Assembly (NCBI GenBank): GCA_964252035.1
Contig: OZ176213.1
DNA: 64,000 bases
Origin: Podarcis erhardii
Lineage: Eukaryota
Direction: 5' to 3' (one strand)
Positions 41,676-52,689 of the stretch are shown in pieces (position 1 is the first letter of the stretch; each line of letters starts with the position of its first letter). Below the pieces are notes generated by a model. The model did no database searches, was not told where the DNA came from, and saw only the letters and a list, made by a program, of their open reading frames with translations. A program made the translations under genes and the position numbers.

Positions 41676-42044
41676 TGTTATGTACTGAGTTGAATAGGAT
41701 CCAAAATGCAGCAGTCTGATTGGTCCTAGAACAATAGGATTCAGAATGCAGGAGTTTGATTGGTCCTAGAACAATAGGATCCAGAATGCAGCAGTCTGAT
41801 TGGTCCTAGAACAATAGGATCCAGAATGCAGCAGTCTGATTGGTCCGCAGAAGTCACCAATCCAACTCCAGGTAGAAGTGAATCCGCAACCTGATTGGCC
41901 TACAGGAGAATCCCAGAATTAACCAATCACGTGGGGCCCATTGTGTAAATAATGTATATAAAGCAGACATTTCGGGGGAACTTCCATTCCTCACTACTAT
42001 GAGCTGAATAAAGAGCATGAAATCCACACTCGACTCCGACAACA
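41676..42044 (+). mobile_element. Solo-LTR-like element with a 40-bp tandem array
   Basis: TGTT...AACA ends and ~3.9 copies of a 40-bp unit (41693-41847). TATATAAA at 41955-41962 and AATAAA at 42007-42012, in LTR U3-R order. No TSD is evident, so the right end is uncertain. Confidence 0.65.
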
Positions 42045-42495
42045 CAGGCCAGGCTCCTCAGGTACCAGCCCTCAAGCGCTCCCCAACCCTGCTGCCACAC
42101 AAGGGCAGATCCTCTCCCCTCCCTCAGCTGCCTGCCTCCCCCCTTACGGCTTCATGGAGTGTTTCCACAGGAGCCCCACTCCAACCTGCTTAGCCAGAAA
42201 AATGCTTTATGGGCCTTGAGCAGGAGAGGCGGCAGGGACTCCCCTCCCCCAGCTGCTCAGGGACCAGCAGAGAGAACAGGCTGGTTCTCTTGGGGAAGGA
42301 AGAGAAGGAGGGGGTGTGAAGCCCTATCTATTTTGAGACGGATGACCCAGCAAGGCACCTTCGCCCCACTCAAGCCTCCTTGCTAATCTCCTCCAGATTG
42401 CCTTTTACGAGGAGGAGGAGGAGGAGGAGGAGGAATGTACATAATTATGTTTTTATAAAATATTCATCAAGCTCATATGGAAGAAATTGGGTAGC

Positions 42496-44133
42496 GGACT
42501 TCCGGGTCGGCGCCATCGCCGAATGGCGGACTCCCTCCGAGCTCCGGAGGGAGCCTGCACGGCAGGGGCTGGGTCCTACCGCACCGGCGATGCGGGGACC
42601 CTTAAAAACCACGGCCACGGGGGCCGTGGACATGGAGACTCGGCTGACACCGTTAGCGCCCTCCCGACCCGTGAAGGAGCCTTTTTAAAGGCTACGGATC
42701 GGGTGCCGGGGAGAAGCGTGGTGTTTTGAGTCCTCTGCTATCCCTGCCGTGCGAAGCCGCATGCCATTCGGCGGAGAGCGCTGGCTTCTTCCTTTGAAAA
42801 TTCGGACCTAAAAGAACAACCTGTAAGTAATTGGAACTTGGACTAAAAAGAGGGACAAAAATTTTAAAAATTTCGGAGCGAGCGGGGGAGGCGCAAAAAA
42901 GGAAGTCAGCCACCCCCTCCATTGTAGAAGGGTCAAAGCAAAGGATCTGATAACTAAGATCGGAGTAACATCATTTTGGCAAGTTTTTAACCTCACGAGT
43001 GAAGAATATGAGATTGAGCTGGAGGAGGAAAGTAGAATTCGGACTTAAAAACAACCCCCCCTGGAACCCCGGGAGCGATCGATGACGGAGTTTGGAGAGG
43101 AGAAAGGCAAGTTTTGACAGCTGTCAAAGAGCTGTCAAAGCGGAAAATAAGATAGAGACTATGTTACAAGGACTTTGCTGGTTATATTTGTTATAAATTG
43201 GATACAAATTGTTTTAAATAAGGATTACAAAGTTACTAGGGCTAATGGACGCGATCTGGAAGAGAACTCAGTTTTTGCAATCCACCTAGAGGAGCCGATG
43301 GACATTACAAGTTTTAGCTGGAAATTGGAACTGAACTGTTTATCTCCTGGGAAACTGCAGAAATGGAACATTATTATGACTACAGAGGCCACTACACCGA
43401 AGAAGACAATGGAATCATCTGTTGTGGAATGAAAGGAACTTGACGTAATGTTTTGTTTCTGAATAACAAGCCTCTGTAAAGGAACTAACTTTTGGAATTA
43501 GGACATTTGTGCAGGAAAGCAGGGACAATAAGAACAATAAAATAACAAGAATTGGACCAAGTTAAAAGTGGGGACATTTGGGACATCCAGATTTGACAAG
43601 TTTAAGGATTATAATTTGGAGTTTTTCACTCCTGGATATAAAAATCTGGATGGAAAAAATGGGCCTCTCTTTGAGACAGAATCCTTCCATGATTGGACAT
43701 TCGAAACTAAAGAGGACTGGCAAAGGACTATGATCTAGAGAGACGTGGAAATATCGGACATTGAGGAACATTGGGAACGCAACCGGGAAAAGGGGGGGTG
43801 GGAAATGTGGAATCCTTAAAGGCGTAAACTATGTTTTATTTAGGCTATATACATCTACATGGTATTCTAAAGTGGGGAACTCGTGGTGGGAATAAGCCGA
43901 TTTTAGGGGAATGGAAAATAATGTTTTTTTTTAAAAAAAAAAATTGGGTTAAGGATAACAAGTTTGAATTGAGGAGAAGAACTTGTTGAGATCATTTGAG
44001 AGATTTGGAATACAAGGGGGGGAGGGAAGGGGAAGTCCTGAAAGGATGTAATTGGAAAAAGATTTGGAATTGGATGTTTTATTAATTTGTAATTAATTGG
44101 AAAACTTTAATAAATATTATTAAAAAAAAAAAA
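42496..44133 (+). mobile_element. Full-length retroposon without a long ORF, L1-like termini (copy B, 1638 bp)
   Basis: Same GGACTTCCGG start and collinear with copy A throughout. AATAAA at 44109-44114 plus a poly(A) tail. Perfect 15-bp TSD AAGAAATTGGGTAGC at 42481-42495 and 44134-44148. Confidence 0.9.
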
Positions 44134-45035
44134 AAGAAATTGGGTAGCACGCCTTTATCAATAATTGAGACTTGAGAGAATCATAATCTTGTTGGGGGTG
44201 AGCAGAGAGCGAACGAAGCTCACCGTGCCCCCCCACCAGAGCTTATCCTGAGTGAGTTTTCTTATGTGTAAGGAGGCATGAAGGCATCTCAGCAAGGGCA
44301 TTTCAGGCCAGTGCCATCAGGGCAACTGGCGTTGGGTGGGGCTGGGGGAGCAACCTGAGAAAGGGTGGAAAGAGAATCTGTAGGAAGAGCCCGTGACGAT
44401 CCCAGACCTTTCACAGATGCTTGCCATTCTACAACAGAGGCCATGGAAAGGGGCCTTTCCTAATTCCATTTAATTAGAAGCAGCGTTCTGTGCCAAGGTG
44501 GGCACACAGCAGGAAGGCACGGATCCAGGATACCTGCTCCCTTGGGAACCAATTGCCCCTCCTTGCCTCTCCCCAAAATGCAGGAAGGAGGGCAGAGGCA
44601 GAGTCCAAATGCTCAGTGACAGCATGGCTTGCAGCTCCTTTATTTGTGTGTGTGTTGGGGGGGGAGGGTATTTCTCTGCATCTGGTGAAGTACTACTGTG
44701 GGGTTATCCACAGTTTTTGTCCCACTCCATCCAGGCACAGGTCTGTGCTTAAAAGCTCCATGTCGGAGCATTGCCTGGGAGGGGTGAGGGGCGTTGCCCC
44801 AGAGCTTTCCCTATGAAAACCTGCTCTTTAGCATTCCATCGGAGTGAATGCCAATTTCGCTTTTCTGCAGATTGTAATTTACCCTGATTGAGCTTTAAAG
44901 AGTGGGTTTTTGTGTGTGTGTGGGGGGGGGAGCTCCAGAGCAAAAGCAAGGGTGCTCAGGCATGGATCTGTAAAGTGTAAAGTGTAATGTGTGCCTGGAA
45001 AGAGCAGAGGAAAAGTAAGCCCTGTGTTAGCAGCG

Positions 45036-45120
45036 TTTGAGCCCCACGTTGGGCAAAGATTCATGTGTGTTGCTGGGTCTAGAGACCCTGCTTTCAATTC
45101 TACGATTCTACGATTCTTAT
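45036..45120 (+). mobile_element. Squam2-type SINE fragment (tRNA-Lys 3' half plus CR1-like tail)
   Basis: TTTGAGCCCCACGTTGGGC matches the tRNA-Lys(CUU) 3' end, followed by a CR1-like ATTCTACGATTCT tail. Confidence 0.65.
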
Positions 45121-45494
45121 GACTCATGCACAGATACAGCCTTGTGGCTCAGAACACCTGAAGAAACATGTCTAAGAAGCCCCGCTGAAATCAGCAGTGC
45201 TTACTCCCAAGTAAGAGGGCAGAGGATTGCAGCCTCAGGCCCACCTCTGAACAGTACAGACATGGCAGCAGACTGCACTGCCAGTCCCAGGATGTACCAC
45301 CCAGTCAAGTCATTTCAGGGCTCCAACATTCATCCTCTCCTTCTGAAATAGGTCTCAAAACTCTTTTGCAAACCCATTTAGCACTAAAGTGCCGCTTATG
45401 ATGAGGCAATTCTCTTCCTCAGCAAATAGCTGCCCTGGAACACAAAAGATTAATTATGACATTTCAAAACATTCATCAACAGAGAAGCACTTAC

Positions 45495-45500
45495 CATGGC
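45495..45500 (-). CDS. UNC13C: UNC13C 6-nt microexon encoding Ala-Met
   Basis: ttttctctaatttcttcctcatcaacactggatttcccag|GCCATG|gtaagtgc. It has a consensus donor, a pyrimidine tract and a CTAAT branch candidate. It supplies the AM of RDV-AM-TLA between two phase-0 exons. Confidence 0.85.
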
Positions 45501-45786
45501 CTGGGAAATCCAGTGTTGATGAGGAAGAAATTAGAGAAAACATTAATAGTCAGGTGTTATTGGGACAAGGCAAAGCAACACTTAATAAGCTGATTGGTAT
45601 CTAAGCAGCAGAGAAACCACATTAACTGCTGGCATTTATTTCTCCATTTCAAAAACATCCATACAGGCAATTGGACGAATCCATATAAGAAGAGACTCGG
45701 GAGAGAGAAAAACACAGAGGCCCCATGGTTCACTTCTCCCTCTCATGAGCACAACTGCAACTCAGTTAATGCAAAGTACAGCTTTA

Positions 45787-46032
45787 CGGTGGTACCTTGG
45801 TTCCTGAATGGCTTAGTTGTCAATCAAATTGGCTTCTAAATGCCGCAAACCCGGAAGTGTTCCAGTTTGTGAACGTTTTCGGAAGCCGGACGTCTGACGC
45901 AGCTTCTGTCGCTTTTGCTTGCGTGCAGGAAGCTCCTGTAGCCAATTGGAAGCCACACCTTGGTTTTTGAATGGTTTCAGGAGTCAAACGGACTCCCGGA
46001 ACAGATTAAGTTCGAGAACCAAGGTACCACTG
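45787..46032. mobile_element. Tc1/mariner-type MITE, 246 bp
   Basis: TA|CGGTGGTACCTTGGTTC ... GAACCAAGGTACCACTG|TA, a 16/17 inverted match. Confidence 0.88.
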
Positions 46033-46542
46033 TATTGAGAAAGTGGCAAATGGTAGCAAACATCTGATTGCAAAGGAACGATAATATTGTTTTATTTGGA
46101 ATATCTTTGGGGGACTCTCAACTACTCTGTAACCTCATTCACTGGAAATCTGGACTCCAGATTTCTCCCAGAACTGAATATAGATTCCACAGCTAATACA
46201 GAGAAGTGCAAAACACACACATCCATGTGAAAAAGTCTGCATGCATGTAGCACGCTTATTAGGAATGGGAAGGAGACTAAGGTGACTCTCTTGCGGTCTC
46301 ACATGTTGCCACAGATCACTCCCACTAGATCACTAATTGTTGGTCATGATGACTCCACAGGTTATGTTGTTCTAAGCTTTGCTGGACCCTACGCCAGGGT
46401 GAAGTCAGCCCCCTCCTTCGGGGCTTGCTCACAGCTTAATTCCAAAGTGAAGGAGGGAACAGCACAGCCCTTGTGACCAGGAAAAGCAGGTGCCGGTCAT
46501 TGCATGCAGGGGCGCATGTTCAGCACAACGCCAGGAACTTAC

Positions 46543-46621
46543 CACATCTCTGACGATGGGGAACGTCTTCTTTCGGCGCAGGTCTGGCATGCTGTCAATT
46601 CCATACAGTGCACTGTTGGGG
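46543..46621 (-). CDS. UNC13C: UNC13C coding exon, 79 nt, [26 protein letters not shown]
   Basis: tctctcttcttcag|C CCC AAC...AGA GAT GTG|gtaagt. Contains the Munc13 [13 protein letters not shown] motif with the UNC13C-type ending PIVRDV. Confidence 0.96.
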
Positions 46622-46846
46622 CTGAAGAAGAGAGAAAATATGGGCTAATACAGAGAGAAACATCACAAGTGTTCTTCATCGGTTTTTAAGAAACATTCTT
46701 TCACAGAATCACACAGTCTATAAGACCAATTAAAAACAGCGCTGGAATGTCTGAGGTCTGTGAAAAAGGGATGTGAATGACAACAAAGATCACATTGGCC
46801 CTCTGACCTGCAGCATCACATTGGAAGCTCCTGCACAGCTCTAAGC

Positions 46847-47301
46847 CAGGGGTCAGCAAACTTTTTCAGCAGGGGGCTGATCCACTGTCCCTCAGACCTT
46901 GTGGGGGGCTGGACTATATTTTTGGGGGGGAAATCCCCCCAACTCTCCCCTCCCTTCTCCACAGCACTGGATGAGCCCCAGTGGCTGCTTACCTGTGCCT
47001 TACAAGCGGCAGGGGCTGGCAGCGGCGGAGGGACGATGAGCGATGCAAAAGGGCTGGCTCCAGAGAGGGGCTGCTTAAAATGGTGCTCAGCCAACCACTG
47101 CTCAACAAAGCCCAGCCCCCTTCCTCCTCTAGGCAGGGTGGGGAGAAGCCAGGAGGAGGGAGGGAGGAGGTGTGTGTGTGTGAGGGGGGGGGGGAAATGG
47201 CGCAGCCCAAATGATCAGAATCCCCTCGCTGATCCACACGGCGATTCCTGGACTGACTGCGGGCCGGATCTGGTCCCTGGGCCTTAGTTTGCCGACCCAT
47301 G
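46847..47301. mobile_element. hAT-type MITE, 455 bp, same termini as 32875-33126 in opposite orientation
   Basis: CAGGGGTCAGCAAACTTTTTCAGCAGGGGGC...GGGCCTTAGTTTGCCGACCCATG. The TSD is degenerate (CTCTAAGC/CTCCTATC). Confidence 0.85.
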
Positions 47302-47304
47302 CTC

Positions 47305-47357
<53 letters not shown>

Positions 47358-47390
47358 ATCTATCTATCTATCTATCATCTATCTATCATC
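47305..47390. repeat. (TCTA)n microsatellite
   Basis: Direct reading. It abuts the MITE end. Confidence 0.95.
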
Positions 47391-47669
47391 TCTGAAGTCC
47401 TGCTGCTGAGCCAATGACACACTTTCCATAATACGACACTTTGTACTTCACTGAACCAAATTCGAGCTTGGAGGCAGGATGGATGTGCACTTGGCATCCA
47501 GTGGGGGAACAGCACTGGGGACATTTGATGTAAAATAAAAGAATATAGAGTGCCAAAGTCTTTCTCAGTAAACTGACCTAAATCCATTTAAAACCAGTTT
47601 TAAAGGCAAGGGAGGAAGGAAACATCCAACTTTATTTGGACTAACTCATGACAGGAGTGTAAGGGCACA

Positions 47670-47940
47670 CTTCCCCTTCTGCTGTGCTTTCCAGGCACAG
47701 TCCTCACTTTAAAGCTCCAGGGCCAAGCGCCCTTTTTGTTACTCCAAAGCTTTCCCTGTGAAAACCTGCTCTTTAAATCTGTATTGGAGTGCAACTCGCT
47801 GAAAACCCAAATTGCTGCTGTGCTTTAGCTTTCAAGAATGAGTTTTTGCGGGGGAAACTCCAGCGCAAAAAGAAGAGAGCTTGGAGACAGAGTTTTAAAG
47901 CACAGACCTGTGCCTGGAAAAAGGCGGGGCAAAAGGTAAG
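47670..47940. mobile_element. Old fold-back (MITE-like) repeat, several copies in the window
   Basis: TTTCCAGGCACA...TGTGCCTGGAAA inverted ends and an internal GAAAACCTGCTCTTTA. Related copies lie at ~44740-45030, ~56335-56400 and ~59540-59735. Confidence 0.6.
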
Positions 47941-47974
47941 TGCGAATAAGCCCTAAGATTGTGCATGGTGCCAC

Positions 47975-48098
47975 ACAGAATTATGGAGTTGGAGGGGACC
48001 ACAAGGATCATCTAGTCCAACCCCCGGCAATGCAGGTATCTTTTGCCCAACCACAATGCTGAGATGAAGAGTCTTATGCTCTACTGACTGAGCTGCAT
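47975..48098 (-). mobile_element. Squam2-type SINE (tRNA-Lys head plus CR1-like tail), degraded
   Basis: Reverse complement AGCTCAGTCAGTAGAGCATAAGACTCTTCATCTCAG resembles tRNA-Lys(CUU), followed by GGGGTTGGACTAGATGATCC...CCAACTCCATAATTCT. Confidence 0.7.
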
Positions 48099-51000
48099 GG
48101 AGAACGGGGTGAGGGAGGTGTTGTTCCCCCTCTCTCATGATAACTCAGACCCAACCGGGTTTTCCAATGACTGAAAGATTCAGGACAAAAGGAAGGATTC
48201 CTCCACAGAGCTAAACTATGAAACTTGCTCCCCCCAAGTTGTCATGATGGCCACCAACTGCTTGTGGGCTTCCCATAATGGGCATCTGGTTGGCCACAGG
48301 ATGCTAGACTAGATGGGTCTCCTCTGGCCTGATCCAGATTCAGGGCTCTTTGGATGTTGCACCAGTTTGATCTGTGCATTTTTTGGTCAGGCATTTTTTG
48401 GTTAGGTGTTGAATGCAACAGTAAAGCAATAGCTGGCTGGTGGGGGTGGCAATAACTGTCCTGTGGCTGGCCAAATCTTGCCAGAGATTTGCCAGAGGTC
48501 TTCCTGGCTCTTCTGCTTCAGCTGAGAATCTGCTGCCAACTGAACTACCTACATTAATTTCATTTATTTCAAACTTACCCTTGCAAAAGCAAACAAGGGC
48601 TTGCTCCCTTCTATCCAACTCAAGCACAGGGAAAGCAGTGTAAAGAAATGCAAATAGGAACATGAAGGAAGTGCAAATCTCCCACTGCAAAAGGGCAAGA
48701 TCCAAGCTCCAAAGCTGCTGCAGTCTTCTGAGCACCAACTGGTCAAATCAAAGGCATCCTCCCCCCCCCCCGCCCTCTGTTTCCCTCACTGGCTGTGCAG
48801 TCTTCATTTCCCTGACAAATATGCAACTTTATCAGCAACACAGAACCAGCTGGTGGGCTCCTCTTTTGCAGCACCCAGAACAGAGACTCTGCTGTGCTCC
48901 CTCCCCAGAGAATGACTGTCCATTCTGCATTTTCCTAAGGGAGGGACACAGTAAGCAGAAAAGATGGTGCAAAGATGCCTTGATGCCTTGCCAAAACTGA
49001 GCTATGTTAAAAGTCCACTAACATGTGATAAAGTATTATTATTCCCTTACTGCTGTAAGCAAGCTGTTTTTTAAACAGGTCTTGCACAAGTATAATAGCA
49101 ACAGCATGCATTTGTCCCTAGACCAGACATCATTAGTGAGAAGGGGCGACCTCCTGGACAAACATTGCCCCACAAAGGTGGTCAGCTATTGACCCTGGAG
49201 GAATTTGTCTCTCCTTTCCCATTGCTATTTCAGTCTGGGCTGGCTTCCAGATTTCGGAGGCTACCAGGCAAGAGAGACCATCACTAGGCGCATGAGCAGA
49301 ACATTTCAAGGGTCTCTCTCTCACACAAGCCACACCTCATGTCAAAGTCTGCTTCAAAAAACTTTGTTAAAAGAATTCTATGGCATCATGAATAAAATGC
49401 ATGTTCATAAGGGCACAAAGTAAACACACACACACACACACACGTGTAAGTGCAGAAACCACGTCTGAAATAGTACAGAGAGCAATGCAGCAGCCATGTT
49501 TTGCCTCTAGTCAATCTCAGGGATCCCCTCAAGTCACATAGCAGGAAATTCCTGATAGGTTGCTCCTCTGTGACAAGTATCTGTTGAATAGCAAAGCTGA
49601 TCTGTCAAAAGAGCAGATATCTATGTGTGAATGTAACAGGTCCTTGACAATGGATTCTGGAGCCAAGGTATTCACCATTTCAAAAGGATGTCTCTAATGG
49701 GCCAGGAAGGGCAATTATCAGGCATCTTGATTGACAGATTTGTAAATAAGTTGGAGAGCCATGAACTCTGAGCATGATCTGATTTACATGTACAACTCAT
49801 TTTGTAATGTATCTATGACATTTCTGGGGTGGTCTATCCCAAGGATTTAAAAATTGTAACACGCTTTTGTTCTGGGCCCCTCACCTCCTTGCGGGGAGAC
49901 GGTTGCAACAGACCAATGAAGATCAACAGTTTGCCTTGCCTCCTTGGTAGCCTCCAATTGAGTCTCTGACCAATAGCAGACCTCAAGGGACCCATAGTCC
50001 CTTGATGGGGAGTTGGGCTGTAAAAGCCAACCTCAACCTTCTTACAACAACTTCAGCTTTGTCTCCTGAAATGCCAGGGATGCCATTCAAGAATTGGGGT
50101 TAACCCTTCTCCGGCACAAGGATGCTGCTGGCATATCTGAACCACCCTGTAATGATGGCCGATGACATCACCTATAAGAGAACTAGCACCAAGGGAGGGA
50201 GGAAGGGTAGGGAGGATCCTGTGAAGAAGGCCAGATCTTGGAATGGCCACCACTTCTTATAGTGCCACTACTCCCAGAAAGTCTCATGAAACTGCCAGCG
50301 CTCTGCTGGGGTCTCCATGAGACCTGACATCAGCCAGACAATACATAAAGCCATGTAGCCAATCAGATCTGGTTATGAGATGATGCCGGCACGTCACATT
50401 GAAGAGAAAAATGCCTCCTCAGTGCAAAAGGGCAAACATCACCACCTTGTTTGGCAGCCCCTCCATCCCAAAACCGTTTGACGCTGGCCCTGAATTTTTC
50501 ATGAAACTCCCTCCCCCTCCCCTCAGTTTTGGCTCAATCCTGCAAACAACAACAAGCAAAACAAACAAAAGGCCACCCATCAAGATTTCCACCTAAATCA
50601 TAATTCAGATTATATCAGGCGGAGTAATTTTAATGTTAGTGCAGAAGTGGAAGAAACACTAAGCCCTGCAAAAGACGGCAGGATGGAATTATACAGAAGA
50701 GCCTATATTAAAATGCCATGACAGAGACTGCTTAACTGTCTTTCCAAAGGGGATTAAAGAAGCTTTAATAGCAAGCAAAAATATCAGTCCAATTCCTCTG
50801 CAGCGGAGCAGTCATTATCGCCTCCCATCATGCAGGCTCCACCGAGGGGATGGGCCGGATGGGTCCGGGAGTGAGAAGCCAGCGGGCGCTCAGAGCCAGT
50901 GGGCTGCTCATGCCACAGGAAAATGCGGGGCAGGGGAGGGAGGAACCGGGTTTGCTTAAATCCACTCATCTCTTCTGCTCCCCATTTGCATCTTTATTGG

Positions 51001-52274
51001 CACAGCTAATGCTGGGATTATCCTGCGTAACTTTATGATGCTGTCACATGGGATGCTGAGTGGCTGCCAACCACCTGCTGCTCAGAGGACCTTCTGGGAC
51101 CATCCAGGCTGGGGCTGGGCCAGCAGGACACTCTCCTTGGCCAGCCGTCCTTTGCCCTGGGCTGCCTTGCAGAGGACCAAAGTGAGCCGGCTAATTGCAC
51201 CTGTCTGCACTGCCGTCTCTCGGGGTGAAAAAGGAGAGGCCCCAGGCACCTCGGACTCCCCAGCTTTCCTGGATCACTCTTCTGCCACACAAGGCAAGAG
51301 ACTGCAGGCTCCATCCTTCCCCAAGTCATAAAGCTTTGGCTTCAAAGAAATCATGCTTCTAATGTCCAGTTATTGTTCTATAAAGAGCTGGTTCTGCCGC
51401 AGACACCTGCCCCGGGGGACTGATCCCCATGTCACTTGGACAAGACTGAGCAGACCCTTTGGGCCTCCAGATTTACAGCCAAGTGGTAAAGAGGGTTTTT
51501 ACATGCAGCTTGGCATATTTATTTCTTCCATTTCCAAAGTGTCCTTCATCCAGGCCACTTTGTAAAACTCAGTTCAAACAGTACTTCCAATAAAAAGCCA
51601 TTTTAAATCTTAACGATTACTGGAAAGCCACATTCCAAACCCGACGTCACTTCAGCAGAAAGGAAACATCAATACGTGGGCCTAAAACTACCCAACCAAC
51701 ATGAAAGGCAACAAGGCAGCAATCTACCCTCCCTTTGCTCCTGTGAATTGCAACATGGGGGTGGGATCCTGTCACCTTGCTGCTGTTGAAGCAGCTGTAC
51801 TCTGCTTTCTACATCCCTCTACTGGGAGAACTGTCCATTTATTCCTGCTACTGAACCAGCTCCTGATCCCCAAGAGGACCTTCCAATTTCCTTTTTACCA
51901 ATCCCCTTATTTTTTTTGGGAAAAGATCCTCTTTTGAATACAATCCATAAATGCACTTCAGATGAGCTGGCGGGTGCCATCCCACTCGCCTCTGTGCAGT
52001 TGGAGTGATGTGGCATCTGCCCAGTCCTCCAAAGAAAGGCCCTGCAGGGTCACACCAAGGGTCCTTTGAGCTCAGCACTGTTTCCCACCCATGATCTGCC
52101 AGGTTCCTTCACCAAGCCAAGCCCACAAGCTAAGCACAAAGGCCTCCTCCACTGTTCTCTGCACCTAGCAACTGGGACTCAGGGGCACAGAGTACTGCTG
52201 ATCACAGAGAAAACTTGCAGCCATCACAGCAATAGCTGTGGAGAGATCGCCTTCTCCTCCTCCCTCATGCTCAT

Positions 52275-52619
52275 GGGGCTGCGCTGTGGTCTAAACCACA
52301 GAGCCTAGGGCTTGCCGATCAGAAGGTTGGTGGTTCGAATCCCTGCGACAGGGTGAACTCCCGTTGCTCGGTCCCTGCTCCTGCCAACCTAGCAGTTTGA
52401 AAGCACACCAGTGCAAGTAGATAAATAGGTACCGCTCCGGCGGGAAGGTAAATGGCATTTCCGTGCACTGCTCTGGTTTGCCAGAAGTGGCTTAGTCAGG
52501 CTGGCCACATGACCCGGAAGCTGTACGCCGGCTCCCTCAGCCAATAAAGCGAGATGATCGTCGCAACCCCAGAGTCGTCCGCGACTGGACCTAGTGGTCA
52601 GGGGGTCCCTTTACCTTTA
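52275..52619 (+). mobile_element. Sauria SINE (Squam1)
   Basis: GCGCTGTGGTCTAAACCACAGAGCCTAGGG head, GGTTCGAATCCC B-box, and CCCTTTACCTTTA tail. Confidence 0.95.
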
Positions 52620-52689
52620 AGCCAGTGCTCTCCATCACCATACTTTGTGGTGGAGAGAGTCCCTGCATCTCCCATCACTCAGGTTTGTC

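Noticed and set aside
41693-41847. Regular 40-bp repeats as a CRISPR-like array
   Set aside because: Units are head-to-tail with no unique spacers, in a eukaryotic LTR context.
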